Source: Micavibrio sp. (GTDB lineage: Bacteria; Patescibacteriota; Minisyncoccia; Moranbacterales; GCA-2747515). From it: 64,000 nt of DNA. Positions 10,249-19,986 of the stretch are shown one piece after another. The notes below the pieces were generated by a model. That model was not told the DNA's origin. It worked only from the letters and a program-made list of their open reading frames with translations, and searched no databases. Each line of letters starts with the position of its first letter. Positions within the stretch are counted from its first letter, which is position 1. The DNA is taken from contig DYDB01000001.1 in the NCBI GenBank assembly GCA_020718085.1, forward strand, positions 218,891 through 282,890, read 5' to 3'. The position numbers and the translations under genes are program-made.

Positions 10249-10605
10249 ATGGGACAGTTTATTGGTCCGGAAAATCTGGACTTTATCGTAAAACATTCAT
10301 GGACATGGTATCTGATTGGCGCCGTGTTCTTGCAGGCACTTCTCATTATTTGGGCAATGGTCGTGATCCGGCGTAAAACTGCTGAGATCAAGGAATTGGT
10401 TCTTGATGTTTTGGCAAAGGCAGAAAAAAATTCGTCTGCTGATGTAAATATCGCCAAATTACAGGCTGAGATTACCACAAAAGGAACCATGATCAGCGAT
10501 TTGAGACAGCAGCTTGCCAATACGAAACAACTGGTGATGGATGGAGTCGCAGCGTACTTCGATAAGAAGGAAGACGTTGCAATTCCACCGGCCACCCAAG
10601 AATAA
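10249..10605 (+). CDS. Single-TM protein with a coiled-coil tail
   Basis: SD GAGGAGG; TM segment followed by a helical region; terminator downstream. Confidence 0.75.
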   Translation: MGQFIGPENLDFIVKHSWTWYLIGAVFLQALLIIWAMVVIRRKTAEIKELVLDVLAKAEKNSSADVNIAKLQAEITTKGTMISDLRQQLANTKQLVMDGVAAYFDKKEDVAIPPATQE

Positions 10606-10724
10606 CCGAGGGAAAACCCAAAGAGCACTCATGCGATCGCTATCGCTGAGTGCTCTTTCTTTTTTTGTCATTCGTGAGATGATATAAATTATGAGAGGTG
10701 TATAAATAATAGCGAAAATGCATT

Positions 10725-11696
10725 ATGAAAAACATGATATGGAGCGCGATCTTCCTCTGTTTTGCGGGAATGGGTTTGGCGTGGGGATATGTGTTTTTGT
10801 ATCATCATGCGAAAGTTGAGACGACTCAAGAGATTGCAGAACCTGTGATACCTGTTACACGTCCGGCGACGATCATATTTGCCGGCGATATGAATTTTGA
10901 TCGGTATATTCGACAGACGGCAGAGCACAATGGTTACGACAGCATTTTTACACATATAAGAGATGTGATGTACGAAAGTGATTGCGTATTTGCAAATCTT
11001 GAAGGACCGATCACAGAACATGGGTCAGTGTCTCAGGGCTCAGCGTTCGGCTCTGCTCAAAATTATCAATTTACGTTTGATCCCGTCATACGTGATACAT
11101 TGAAAAATATGAATGTCTGTGCGGTGAATCTCGGCAACAACCACATACATAATTTTGGTGATGATGGCATTTATAGCACAAAGAAATTTTTGGAAGAGAA
11201 AGAGTTCTTGTATGTTGGTGATACCGGTCTTGCAGAGGAAAAGCGATATGATGTGATCACGATCAATGACATAAAAATTGGCGTAGTAAATTATAATGCA
11301 TTTGTCGTGCAGTCACCGGAGCATGCGCGTGCAGATATGATCGAAATTAAAGATCAGAGTGATTTTGTTATCGTGTATACGCATTGGGGCGTGGAATATG
11401 CTAGTGTCCCACGTAGTATGGAAAGAGCGTTGGCACATGAACTGATCGATGCCGGAGCAGATGCGATCATCGGGTCACATCCGCACGTCGTCCAAGAAAC
11501 GGAAGAGTATAAGGGAAAGATGATCTATTATTCCTTGGGCAATTTTGTCTTTGATCAATATTTTCGCGCAGAAACACAAAAAGGACTTTTGGTTGCCGTG
11601 ACTTTTGATAAAGAACATGATACACTGACGTTTCGCGATTACGCCGTGTGTATGAAAAACACCGGTCAAACAGTATTGTGTGACAGTAAAAAATAA
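10725..11696 (+). CDS. CapA-family metallophosphatase (poly-gamma-glutamate synthesis domain)
   Basis: Motifs AGD, NLEG, NNH, HWG and GSHPH, YSLGNF; N-terminal TM. Confidence 0.9.
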   Translation: MKNMIWSAIFLCFAGMGLAWGYVFLYHHAKVETTQEIAEPVIPVTRPATIIFAGDMNFDRYIRQTAEHNGYDSIFTHIRDVMYESDCVFANLEGPITEHGSVSQGSAFGSAQNYQFTFDPVIRDTLKNMNVCAVNLGNNHIHNFGDDGIYSTKKFLEEKEFLYVGDTGLAEEKRYDVITINDIKIGVVNYNAFVVQSPEHARADMIEIKDQSDFVIVYTHWGVEYASVPRSMERALAHELIDAGADAIIGSHPHVVQETEEYKGKMIYYSLGNFVFDQYFRAETQKGLLVAVTFDKEHDTLTFRDYAVCMKNTGQTVLCDSKK

Positions 11697-11704
11697 GAAA
11701 TATT

Positions 11705-12733
11705 ATGGACATTGCATATTTATCACGTTATCTTACAGAACATAAATATCCTGCTTTTCGTACAAAACAGATCATTAAAGGTGTCATACAAGATGGCTGT
11801 GCGACATATGCAGAAATTACAACAATTCCGCGAGCCCTTCAAGAAGAATTGACGCGTGATGTACCAATTTTACCGTTCGCTGTGGTTTCTGTGCATACAT
11901 CACATGACGGGCAAGCAGTGAAAGCATTGCTTCAACTGACGGATGGAGGGCATATGATCGAAACGGTTCTGATCTCTCCAAAACCGGGCATGTGGTCTGC
12001 ATGCATCTCGTGCCAGGTGGGTTGTGCCATGGGCTGTGCTTTTTGTGCAACAGGAAAACTTGGATTGAAGCGCAATCTTACAACAGACGAGATCACATCA
12101 CAAGTGCTTTTCTGGCGACAATATTTAAAAAAGCAACAGATTGCTGGCACATTTGATAACATCGTCTATATGGGCATGGGAGAGCCATTTATGAATTGGA
12201 AAAATGTGAGAGAGAGCATCAGCATTTTGACAGATAAAACACTATTTAGTTTTTCCAATCGCGGACTTTCCGTATCAACTTCCGGCGTTGTTCCGGGAAT
12301 CAAAGATTTCGCGGACACGTGCCCGCAGGTCAACCTGGCGATCTCACTGCACTTTGCGTCAGATGAAAAGCGTACAATGTATATGCCTGTCAATACAGGA
12401 TATGATCTTTCTGCACTCAGAGAAGCATTGCAATATTACTTATCAAAAAACAAACGTAAAATATTTATTGAATATATCATGCTCAAAGGGATCAACGACA
12501 CGCCGGAAGATGCGCGACTACTTGCACAGTATGTGTCGTCGATCGGACACATGCAGCTCTTACATATCAATTTGATCCGCTATAATTCCATCGGAGAAAA
12601 TTTTATACCATCAGATCGTGATACAGTCAAAAAATTTCAATCTGTCATGCAAAAAATGCATATTCCCTGCACAATTCGCAAGAGCGTGGGAGATGATATT
12701 AGTGGTGCGTGTGGGCAACTTGCAGGGAAGTAG
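11705..12733 (+). CDS. rlmN: Radical-SAM rRNA/tRNA methyltransferase RlmN
   Basis: CAMGCAFC cluster motif, MGMGEP, ISLH, ACGQL. Confidence 0.93.
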   Translation: MDIAYLSRYLTEHKYPAFRTKQIIKGVIQDGCATYAEITTIPRALQEELTRDVPILPFAVVSVHTSHDGQAVKALLQLTDGGHMIETVLISPKPGMWSACISCQVGCAMGCAFCATGKLGLKRNLTTDEITSQVLFWRQYLKKQQIAGTFDNIVYMGMGEPFMNWKNVRESISILTDKTLFSFSNRGLSVSTSGVVPGIKDFADTCPQVNLAISLHFASDEKRTMYMPVNTGYDLSALREALQYYLSKNKRKIFIEYIMLKGINDTPEDARLLAQYVSSIGHMQLLHINLIRYNSIGENFIPSDRDTVKKFQSVMQKMHIPCTIRKSVGDDISGACGQLAGK

Positions 12734-12755
12734 TCTGGAAAAATATAAAAATATA

Positions 12756-14717
12756 TTACACAATGGAGATTGGATCTACATCGATCGCCCATGCGAGATC
12801 GCAGTCGCGCAGAATATAATGAAGATGCTCAGGAATCTGCGCATGTGCACTGCGGATGACGATCTGACGATAGTACTTTGTGCGCACTTTATTTACGATC
12901 GGATCATGCGGTTCGGAAATGCGGATATTTTTATCATCTTTACATGCAATGCACAGTTGTCCATATTTTTCGTCTACGATTTTGTGAACTTTTTCTTTTA
13001 CATCACCCTTACAAGTGATCTTGATGATCTGTGCATAGGGAGGATAGGATAGAACTTTGCGCAGTGCCAATTCTTCCTCATAAAAACCGTTGAAGTCATA
13101 TGTGGTGGCAAAGAGCAGAGCCGGGTTTTCTGGTTGAAATGTTTGTACAAGTACAGTGCCGTGATTTGTGCGCGCAGTAAGTTGCATGATATATGAAAAA
13201 GCTTTCTCGTTCCCATCATATGTCGGCAGACTGAGCAAGTCGTCCATGTCAATGATCCCGCAGAGCGCAACATGATCACCATGCCAACCTTTTGTGATCA
13301 TTTGTGTGCCGATCACTACATCGATCTCTTTTTTACGAAAAGCATCATAGATATTTTTGTGGGCATCCGCTTTTTTCATCGTTGAAGAATCAACCACGGC
13401 GATGCGGGCATTGGGAAGTATTTTGTGCAATTCTTTTGCAATGCGTTGAGTGCCGATCCCAATGTGTTCGATTGGCGCTTTACATGCTGCACATTTTGCA
13501 TTGTCCGGTTTGGTAAAAGAACAATGTATGCACACGTATTTTTTGGATGTGTGATGAATGAGTGCGCGATTGCATGTGGGGCACAATACAACACTCCGAC
13601 ATTTGCTACAGATTGAAAAAGCACTCTCACCTTGACGATTGACGAATAGGAGCACCTGTTTGTTTTTTTGAATAGCTGTTTTGATCTGATATGTTAGCGT
13701 GCGTGACAAAGGAGATTTATTTTTATCCCATCGTTCTTTTTTCATATCTACGATCTCGATTTTTGCACAAGCGTTTTCCGGTGACTGTATGAATGTGAGA
13801 GAGTCGTCCTTGGTCAGCTTGTGGACATAATCAACCGCGCGCGGTGCGGCCGATGTAAGAATATGCGTTGCATTGTGCATTTGTGCGAGTGTGCGTGATA
13901 CTGTACGTGCATCATAAAGCGGATAGTGGTCCCACTGTTTATGCGAAGGATCGTGGGCTTCATCAACAATGACCATTTTGAGATCGGTGAATGGTGCAAA
14001 AAGTGCACTGCGTGTTCCAATGACAATACGCACTTTGCCGGCGCGAATGGCGCGCCATTTATGATAGAATTGCCCACGGGGAATTTTGCTGTGGAGGATG
14101 GCAATTTCTTCACTGGGAAAAAACTGATGAAAGAATTCAGAAATGTACGGTGTTTGCATGAGCTCGGGAAGAATGTAGATCGCTTGAGCAGTGTCATCGG
14201 CGCGGATCTCTTGCAAAAGCGCCAAGAGAATTGTCATTTTATCACGTACAACAGGCGCATGGAGAAAAAATGATCGCGATGACGCATGATCGGCAAGAAG
14301 TTTCTTGATGATCTTTTTTTGTGTCGGACCGGTTTCCACAATTTGTTTTTTTACGCGTGATGAAACCGGCATACCGCGCATCATGGTGCGTTGTGGAACG
14401 AAGTGCTTAAGGACGAGTCCCAAAGGTGCGTAATAATATGTGGATATATAATGCGCTAACTGTAATTGGCGCTCAGTTAAAAATGCGTTTTCAAGTACTT
14501 TGGCAATGCGTTTGAGTTGAAATTGACTGTCGCGAGGAAAATCTGGAGCGCTATTGGTCACAACACCTTCAATGGTGCGTCGTCCAATTGGGATAGTGAC
14601 CAGTGTGCCAACAGGCAAGGATTCATGCCAGAGATAGAAAAACGACTGATCACGCGTGAGAGAGATGCGCGTAAGCGGTGCCACGGATATGAGATATTTT
14701 TGATCTTCTTTATTCAT
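12756..14717 (-). CDS. priA: Primosomal protein N'
   Basis: IVDEAHD, four CxxC pairs, GTQMITKG, QTFQP, YPPY, DVDP C-terminus; Walker A is degenerate. Confidence 0.92.
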   Translation of the reverse strand: MNKEDQKYLISVAPLTRISLTRDQSFFYLWHESLPVGTLVTIPIGRRTIEGVVTNSAPDFPRDSQFQLKRIAKVLENAFLTERQLQLAHYISTYYYAPLGLVLKHFVPQRTMMRGMPVSSRVKKQIVETGPTQKKIIKKLLADHASSRSFFLHAPVVRDKMTILLALLQEIRADDTAQAIYILPELMQTPYISEFFHQFFPSEEIAILHSKIPRGQFYHKWRAIRAGKVRIVIGTRSALFAPFTDLKMVIVDEAHDPSHKQWDHYPLYDARTVSRTLAQMHNATHILTSAAPRAVDYVHKLTKDDSLTFIQSPENACAKIEIVDMKKERWDKNKSPLSRTLTYQIKTAIQKNKQVLLFVNRQGESAFSICSKCRSVVLCPTCNRALIHHTSKKYVCIHCSFTKPDNAKCAACKAPIEHIGIGTQRIAKELHKILPNARIAVVDSSTMKKADAHKNIYDAFRKKEIDVVIGTQMITKGWHGDHVALCGIIDMDDLLSLPTYDGNEKAFSYIMQLTARTNHGTVLVQTFQPENPALLFATTYDFNGFYEEELALRKVLSYPPYAQIIKITCKGDVKEKVHKIVDEKYGQLCIACKDDKNIRISEPHDPIVNKVRTKYYRQIVIRSAHAQIPEHLHYILRDCDLAWAIDVDPISIV

Positions 14718-14889
14718 GAGATTATTGTAGCATAATCGCCACTCATTCATGCAAATTTAATGTTCACTTAATGTAAATTTTCGTATTATTTTATTTTCGC
14801 ATGTTAGAGTAAAATATGACATTGTGCCATGATCGTGTGTGCATGGTTGAATTTGGCGTAAATAAATGATAGTCTAATGATATAACCCT

Positions 14890-15465
14890 ATGACAACAGA
14901 TACTATGCAGAGAAAGATCTTTATCGGTATTGACCTTGATGCACGCATTAAGCGTATGGCATCACGTGCGCTTGCACCATGGCAAGACCTGCCGATCAAA
15001 TGGCACAAAGAAGACAGTTTTCATATTGAATTGATCACCATAGGATGGATCGGGGAAAGCGATTTTTTGCGCATTGAAGATGTGATGACAGAGTTGAGTG
15101 CGCGAACACCAGCCTTCACATTGAACTTTTCACAGATCATTGCACGCAGTAAGGATATCACCGCAACTGCCCCGCGAGAGATGCAATTGGTACAATTGAT
15201 GGGAGAAGAAAGCGATGTTTTAAAAGAGTTGTATAACACAATTGGCAAATCATTGCAGATCCCTTGTGGAGAAAAGAGGTCTTTTCGTCCGGTGGTGACA
15301 CTGGGTCGCATGCGTGCGCAAAAATGGCAAGAGTTAGAAACCTATCCGGAAATGTTGTTGCCCCTTACTGCAGAGATGGATGTATCCGCACTGACACTTT
15401 TTGAGAGTGTGAATGTGGATGATACATGGCAATTTGAACCCGTGGAAATATTTGACTTACAATAA
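14890..15465 (+). CDS. 2H-phosphoesterase (ThpR/LigT-like) with degenerate motifs
   Basis: RKIFIGI start, FHIEL and RPVVTLGR at the HxT positions, LFES near the end. Confidence 0.75.
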   Translation: MTTDTMQRKIFIGIDLDARIKRMASRALAPWQDLPIKWHKEDSFHIELITIGWIGESDFLRIEDVMTELSARTPAFTLNFSQIIARSKDITATAPREMQLVQLMGEESDVLKELYNTIGKSLQIPCGEKRSFRPVVTLGRMRAQKWQELETYPEMLLPLTAEMDVSALTLFESVNVDDTWQFEPVEIFDLQ

Positions 15466-15517
15466 AAAAACCTCCCAAACAAAGAAATGCGATCTTTGTA
15501 AGGGAGGCTGTGGAGGC

Positions 15518-15670
15518 TCATTTGCGGACATTTCCTTTCAGAAAGTCCATTGCAACAACCTGCTCATTTTTATGAGATTTGCCGAGTTTATCAGCATGAT
15601 GTGCCAGAGTGATTCCGGCAAAGAACAATGATGAACAAAGGACAAAAATGGAAAGAACTTTTAATAACAT
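15518..15670 (-). CDS. 50-aa small protein with a signal-peptide-like N-terminus (below the ORF-track cutoff)
   Basis: MLLKVLSIFVLCSSLFFAGITLA-HHADK...; SD GGAG; perfect TTGACA-17-TATAAT at 15748-15720. Confidence 0.65.
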   Translation of the reverse strand: MLLKVLSIFVLCSSLFFAGITLAHHADKLGKSHKNEQVVAMDFLKGNVRK

Positions 15671-15741
15671 GGCTCATCTCCGATATATAAGTTTTTGCTG
15701 GGATCTAAACTGAAGGTTAATTATAGCACAAATTAATACAT

Positions 15742-16458
15742 ATGTCAAGTATCAAAAGCGTCTATTTGTGTGGTGTGCATGTGTCAAATCACACGTGCAG
15801 AGAGATCGAGCAAACGATCGGTGGCTTTTTGCAAGGTGCAGAAGCACGACACATCGTCACGGTCAATCCAGAGTTTCTCTACAGGTCGGTGCATGACCCC
15901 ATTTTTCGCGAGGTGCTCAATACTGCAGATCTGCAGGTAATTGACGGTTTTGGCGTGACATGTGCATTCTTGTGGCATGGTCAACGTGCGCAGTGTCGTA
16001 TGACGGGTGTGGAGCTTATGTGGCAATTATTAGATCATGCAGATCGTAAAAACTTGTCTGTTTTTCTTGCTGCAAATGCATTTGGACTTACGCTATGGCA
16101 GGATATGCAAGATGTGATCCAATTGCGTTATCCGCACATCAGAATTTCAGGCGCAAATATCGATCCGCAAAAACCGCATATTGATGCGGATACAAAGGCA
16201 GATATCGTCCTCTGTAATTTTGGGGCACCATATCAAGAATTATTTTTACACGAACTCAAAAAGCGTCATGCATGCAAGGTGGGCATCGGCGTGGGTGGGG
16301 CATTTGATTTTGCATCTGGACGCATTGTGCGTGCGCCAAAATGGATGCGCATGTGCGGATGTGAATGGTTATGGCGACTGATCAGACAACCGAAGCGATG
16401 GCGACGGATCGTGCGAGCGGTCATTGTTTTTCCGATCTATGTTGTGTTGGGCAAATAA
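15742..16458 (+). CDS. WecB/TagA/CpsF glycosyltransferase
   Basis: IVTVNPE, DGFGV, GAPYQE, GVGGAFDF, RAPKW, EWLWRL. Confidence 0.92.
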   Translation: MSSIKSVYLCGVHVSNHTCREIEQTIGGFLQGAEARHIVTVNPEFLYRSVHDPIFREVLNTADLQVIDGFGVTCAFLWHGQRAQCRMTGVELMWQLLDHADRKNLSVFLAANAFGLTLWQDMQDVIQLRYPHIRISGANIDPQKPHIDADTKADIVLCNFGAPYQELFLHELKKRHACKVGIGVGGAFDFASGRIVRAPKWMRMCGCEWLWRLIRQPKRWRRIVRAVIVFPIYVVLGK

Positions 16459-16531
16459 AGGCTTTTGTGGACGAATGAAGGGTTTTTGTGTTATGCTGTA
16501 AGTACGTTTTAATATCATTTTCACACCTCTT

Positions 16532-18034
16532 ATGACTGACCTCAAGGGTATTCGCGTACGTTTTGCACCGTCACCGACAGGAGAACTACATATTGGCAGT
16601 TTGCGTACAACGCTGACAAACTATCTTTTTGCACGCAAAAATAACGGTACATTTATATTGCGTATTGAAGATACTGACCAAAAACGTTTTGTAGATGGCG
16701 CAATTGAGCGCTTGATCGATTCTTTGGCATGGGCCGGCATGACGATCGATGAGGGTGTGAAGATCGATGAAAGTACCGGTGTGGTGATCGAAGACGGACC
16801 ATGTGGACCCTATATTCAATCCAAAAGACTTGCAATTTACAGAGAATATGTACAACAATTGCTAGATGAAGGCAAAGCATATCATTGCTTTTGTAGCGCA
16901 GAGCGTCTAGCTGAAATGCGTGCAGTGCAACAAGCGCGTAAAGAAGCACCAAAATACGATCGTCACTGTTGCGCACTTACCACAGAAGAAGTACAAGCAA
17001 AGATCGATGCAGGAGAATCGCACGTGGTACGCTTTAAAATTCCGGAAGGAATGACATCTTTTGATGATATGATCTTTGGACACATTGAAGTAAACAATGA
17101 CACGCTGGATGATCAGGTGCTCATGAAATCGGATGGATTTCCCACATATCACTTGGCAGTCGTGGTGGATGATCATCTTATGGAAATCTCCCATGTGATT
17201 CGCGCGACTGAGTGGTTGGCAAGTACGCCAAAACACGTTTTACTTTATGAAGCGTTTGGATGGAAAGAGACCATGCCTCAATTCTGTCATGTTGCGCCGA
17301 TTCTCAACCACAATCGCAAAAAACTCTCCAAGCGGGAGGGAAGTGTGAGCGTGCAGGATTTTCGAGACAAAGGTTATCCCAAAGAGGCAATTATCAATTT
17401 CATTGCACTTTTAGGATGGAATCCCAAAACAGAACAAGAGATCTTCACAATGGATGAGCTCATTTCACAATTTGATACTGCCAAGATGAATCGTGCAGGG
17501 GGCGTGTTCGACATGGATCGTCTCAATTGGATCTCACGTGAACATATCAAGCGCATGACGATCGAGGATCTGTATCGTGAGGGATTGCCTTTTTTGGAGC
17601 AGAAGGAATTTTTTGAAAAAGCAAAAGTTTCCAAACATAAAGAAGACTTCATTAAGAGATTGCTTACAGTGGAACAGGATCGTCTTGATACGTTTGTGCA
17701 AATCGGTGAAGAAAATCAATTCTTTTTTGCTGATGCTGTCACTGTGGATAAGGACGTTCTGCGTTGGAAAGAAAATACGGACACTGACACACAAGAGGTT
17801 CTTGCACGAGCACAAACAATTCTTGCAGCGGTATCGGAAGAGGACTGGACGCGAGAAAATGTGGAAAAAATTCTCATGGAAGCTGCTGGAGAAAAACGTG
17901 GAGATTTTCTGTGGCCTTTGCGCGCGGCACTTACCGGAGAGAAGCGTTCTCCAAGCCCCTTTGATTGTGCATGGGTACTTGGTAAAGACGAGACACTTGA
18001 GCGTATTACACATGCATTGACCTGCTATATGTAA
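16532..18034 (+). CDS. gltX: Glutamate--tRNA ligase
   Basis: RFAPSPTG, HIGS and KLSKR motifs. Confidence 0.97.
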   Translation: MTDLKGIRVRFAPSPTGELHIGSLRTTLTNYLFARKNNGTFILRIEDTDQKRFVDGAIERLIDSLAWAGMTIDEGVKIDESTGVVIEDGPCGPYIQSKRLAIYREYVQQLLDEGKAYHCFCSAERLAEMRAVQQARKEAPKYDRHCCALTTEEVQAKIDAGESHVVRFKIPEGMTSFDDMIFGHIEVNNDTLDDQVLMKSDGFPTYHLAVVVDDHLMEISHVIRATEWLASTPKHVLLYEAFGWKETMPQFCHVAPILNHNRKKLSKREGSVSVQDFRDKGYPKEAIINFIALLGWNPKTEQEIFTMDELISQFDTAKMNRAGGVFDMDRLNWISREHIKRMTIEDLYREGLPFLEQKEFFEKAKVSKHKEDFIKRLLTVEQDRLDTFVQIGEENQFFFADAVTVDKDVLRWKENTDTDTQEVLARAQTILAAVSEEDWTRENVEKILMEAAGEKRGDFLWPLRAALTGEKRSPSPFDCAWVLGKDETLERITHALTCYM

Positions 18035-18095
18035 ATTTGTCCTCTAAATTTTTTGTTGCAATTGTTAAGTAACTGTCTGATGTAAAGGTAAACAT

Positions 18096-18725
18096 ATGCA
18101 CACACAGCAGTCTTTAGTTGACCATTTGGTGCGTAGCGGGGTATTGACGACACCGCATATCATACAGGCATTTAGAATTGTCGATCGAAAGCATTTTGTA
18201 TCGGAGGCATATAACGCTGAGACGGCATATGCAAATCAGGCATTGCCTCTCGGCTATGAACAAACGACCTCACAACCATCGGTTGTCGCATTTATGTGTG
18301 AATTATTACAACCGGAATCAGGCGAGAAGATCTTGGATGTGGGTAGCGGTTCCGGATGGACAACGGCAATTTTGGCACAGATCGTTGGTGAAAACGGTTC
18401 TGTGCATGGTGTGGAACTCGTGCCGGAGTTGGTAGCATATGGTTCAACAAATCTGGCACAATATCATTTTGCACAGGCATCGATCGTGCAAGCAACAGGA
18501 ACATACGGACTGCCTGCATATGCACCTTATGACAAAATTCTTGTTTCTGCCTCCAGTATGCATATCCCACAGGAATTGATCGATCAATTATCTATTGATG
18601 GTGTGTTGGTCATGCCCATGCACAATGAGATCATTCGTTATCAAAAGCGCAGTAATGGACATAGCACGATCGATCGATTTGGCGGATTTGTTTTTGTGCC
18701 ACTAATTGATCCAAGAAATTATTAA
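18096..18725 (+). CDS. pcm: Protein-L-isoaspartate O-methyltransferase
   Basis: QTTSQP, ILDVGSGSGW, APYDKI, FVFVPL. Confidence 0.92.
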   Translation: MHTQQSLVDHLVRSGVLTTPHIIQAFRIVDRKHFVSEAYNAETAYANQALPLGYEQTTSQPSVVAFMCELLQPESGEKILDVGSGSGWTTAILAQIVGENGSVHGVELVPELVAYGSTNLAQYHFAQASIVQATGTYGLPAYAPYDKILVSASSMHIPQELIDQLSIDGVLVMPMHNEIIRYQKRSNGHSTIDRFGGFVFVPLIDPRNY

Positions 18726-18865
18726 TCTTTCAGACATACCCACAACAGGTGATCGGAGCAGTGACGGTATACCCGTCATTTTTTATTATGGGATTACTCT
18801 CTCCAATATTTTCATATATTGAAAATTAAAAGAACCCCAATGAAATTACTTATATAACAGCAATG

Positions 18866-18922
18866 CCCCCTCTCCCTACAGGGAGAGCCTGCCTGTCCGG
18901 TAGGCAGGGGCTGGGGTGAGGG
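18866..18922 (+). repeat. CCCCCTCTCCC..GGGAGAGGGyTGGGGTGAGGG element with a nested 21-bp CCTGCCTGTCCGGTAGGCAGG palindrome (18888-18908)
   Basis: Removing the insert restores the junction seen in the copy at 37366-37400. Confidence 0.85.
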
Positions 18923-19060
18923 TTGGTAAAAATGTATAAGAATTAAATATGCGCGTGTTGGTGGTCAAAAAACATTGACAAATTGACGATTTTGGTGTAT
19001 AATCGAAAGTTAGTCGTTATTTTACATTTATCCACACATTCAACCTGAAGAGGGAATGAC

Positions 19061-19885
19061 ATGATGAAATTTTTTGCAGTATGCATGATGTTCTTGTGTT
19101 TTTGTGGCAGCGTTTCTGCAGAAGTTAATTCATACGCAGAACGTACGGAAGTGTATGATCAATGGATGAAAGCCGCAAAAAACATCGCTGGTGACGATGA
19201 GGGAGCAAAAGATGTGCTTGATTTCATCATTGCCAATGAGCAAAAGTCCATGCCGATCTATACAGATGAAGGACTCGGAATTCGTCCACTATTAAATGGT
19301 GTGCAAAAAGAAGCAAAAAGTTTGCTGGTCATCTGTCTCATGCCTGGAGATGAGAATACATCTCCGGAATGGTTTGAAACGACGGATAATAGTTTTGCTG
19401 CAGGGTTCATGGGAGATGAAAGTATGTCTATCATCGTTTTGCGTGCACAAGCACAAATGAGCGATGTGTGGAAAGGTCTACTCTTTCTTCATGAAGGTTT
19501 TCACGCTATGGCACACGTCAAAAAATTCTTTGCAGAAGAAAAAGATCCCTTACGTCATCGTGTGATCGAGGAATACTTCGCATATGCCATGGAATTCAAT
19601 CTTTTGAGAAAGTATGGAGGCAAGGCGTATGAAACACTTCTCGATAAGGAGGTTGTCCGTATCAAAAAAACCGACAAAGTTGCACCAGAGTATGGTATGT
19701 ATGAAAAAGAGCTCACACGAATCTTTGGTAAGTCTGTTTCACAGCGTGAAACGTTTTTGCGAGAGACGATCTTTTGGCTCAATGCACAGTTTCAAAAGAT
19801 TGCCGATGAGGTGAAGCCGGAAAAGGTGGATGATGCCATTGCAACTTTTCTTCTTGGATGTTATCAAAATGAAATTTTGCAATAA
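19061..19885 (+). CDS. Secreted protein with a HEXXH motif
   Basis: Signal peptide; LHEGFHA...EEYFAY; perfect TTGACA-17-TATAAT at 18975. Confidence 0.75.
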   Translation: MMKFFAVCMMFLCFCGSVSAEVNSYAERTEVYDQWMKAAKNIAGDDEGAKDVLDFIIANEQKSMPIYTDEGLGIRPLLNGVQKEAKSLLVICLMPGDENTSPEWFETTDNSFAAGFMGDESMSIIVLRAQAQMSDVWKGLLFLHEGFHAMAHVKKFFAEEKDPLRHRVIEEYFAYAMEFNLLRKYGGKAYETLLDKEVVRIKKTDKVAPEYGMYEKELTRIFGKSVSQRETFLRETIFWLNAQFQKIADEVKPEKVDDAIATFLLGCYQNEILQ

Positions 19886-19986
19886 GTGAAAATGAACGAC
19901 AAATACCCCGTAGATGTAAATCATCTGTGGGGTATTTTAATTTTGTCCGGTGGCAGAAAAGTGCAAAACGCGGTATATTAAAAGCT

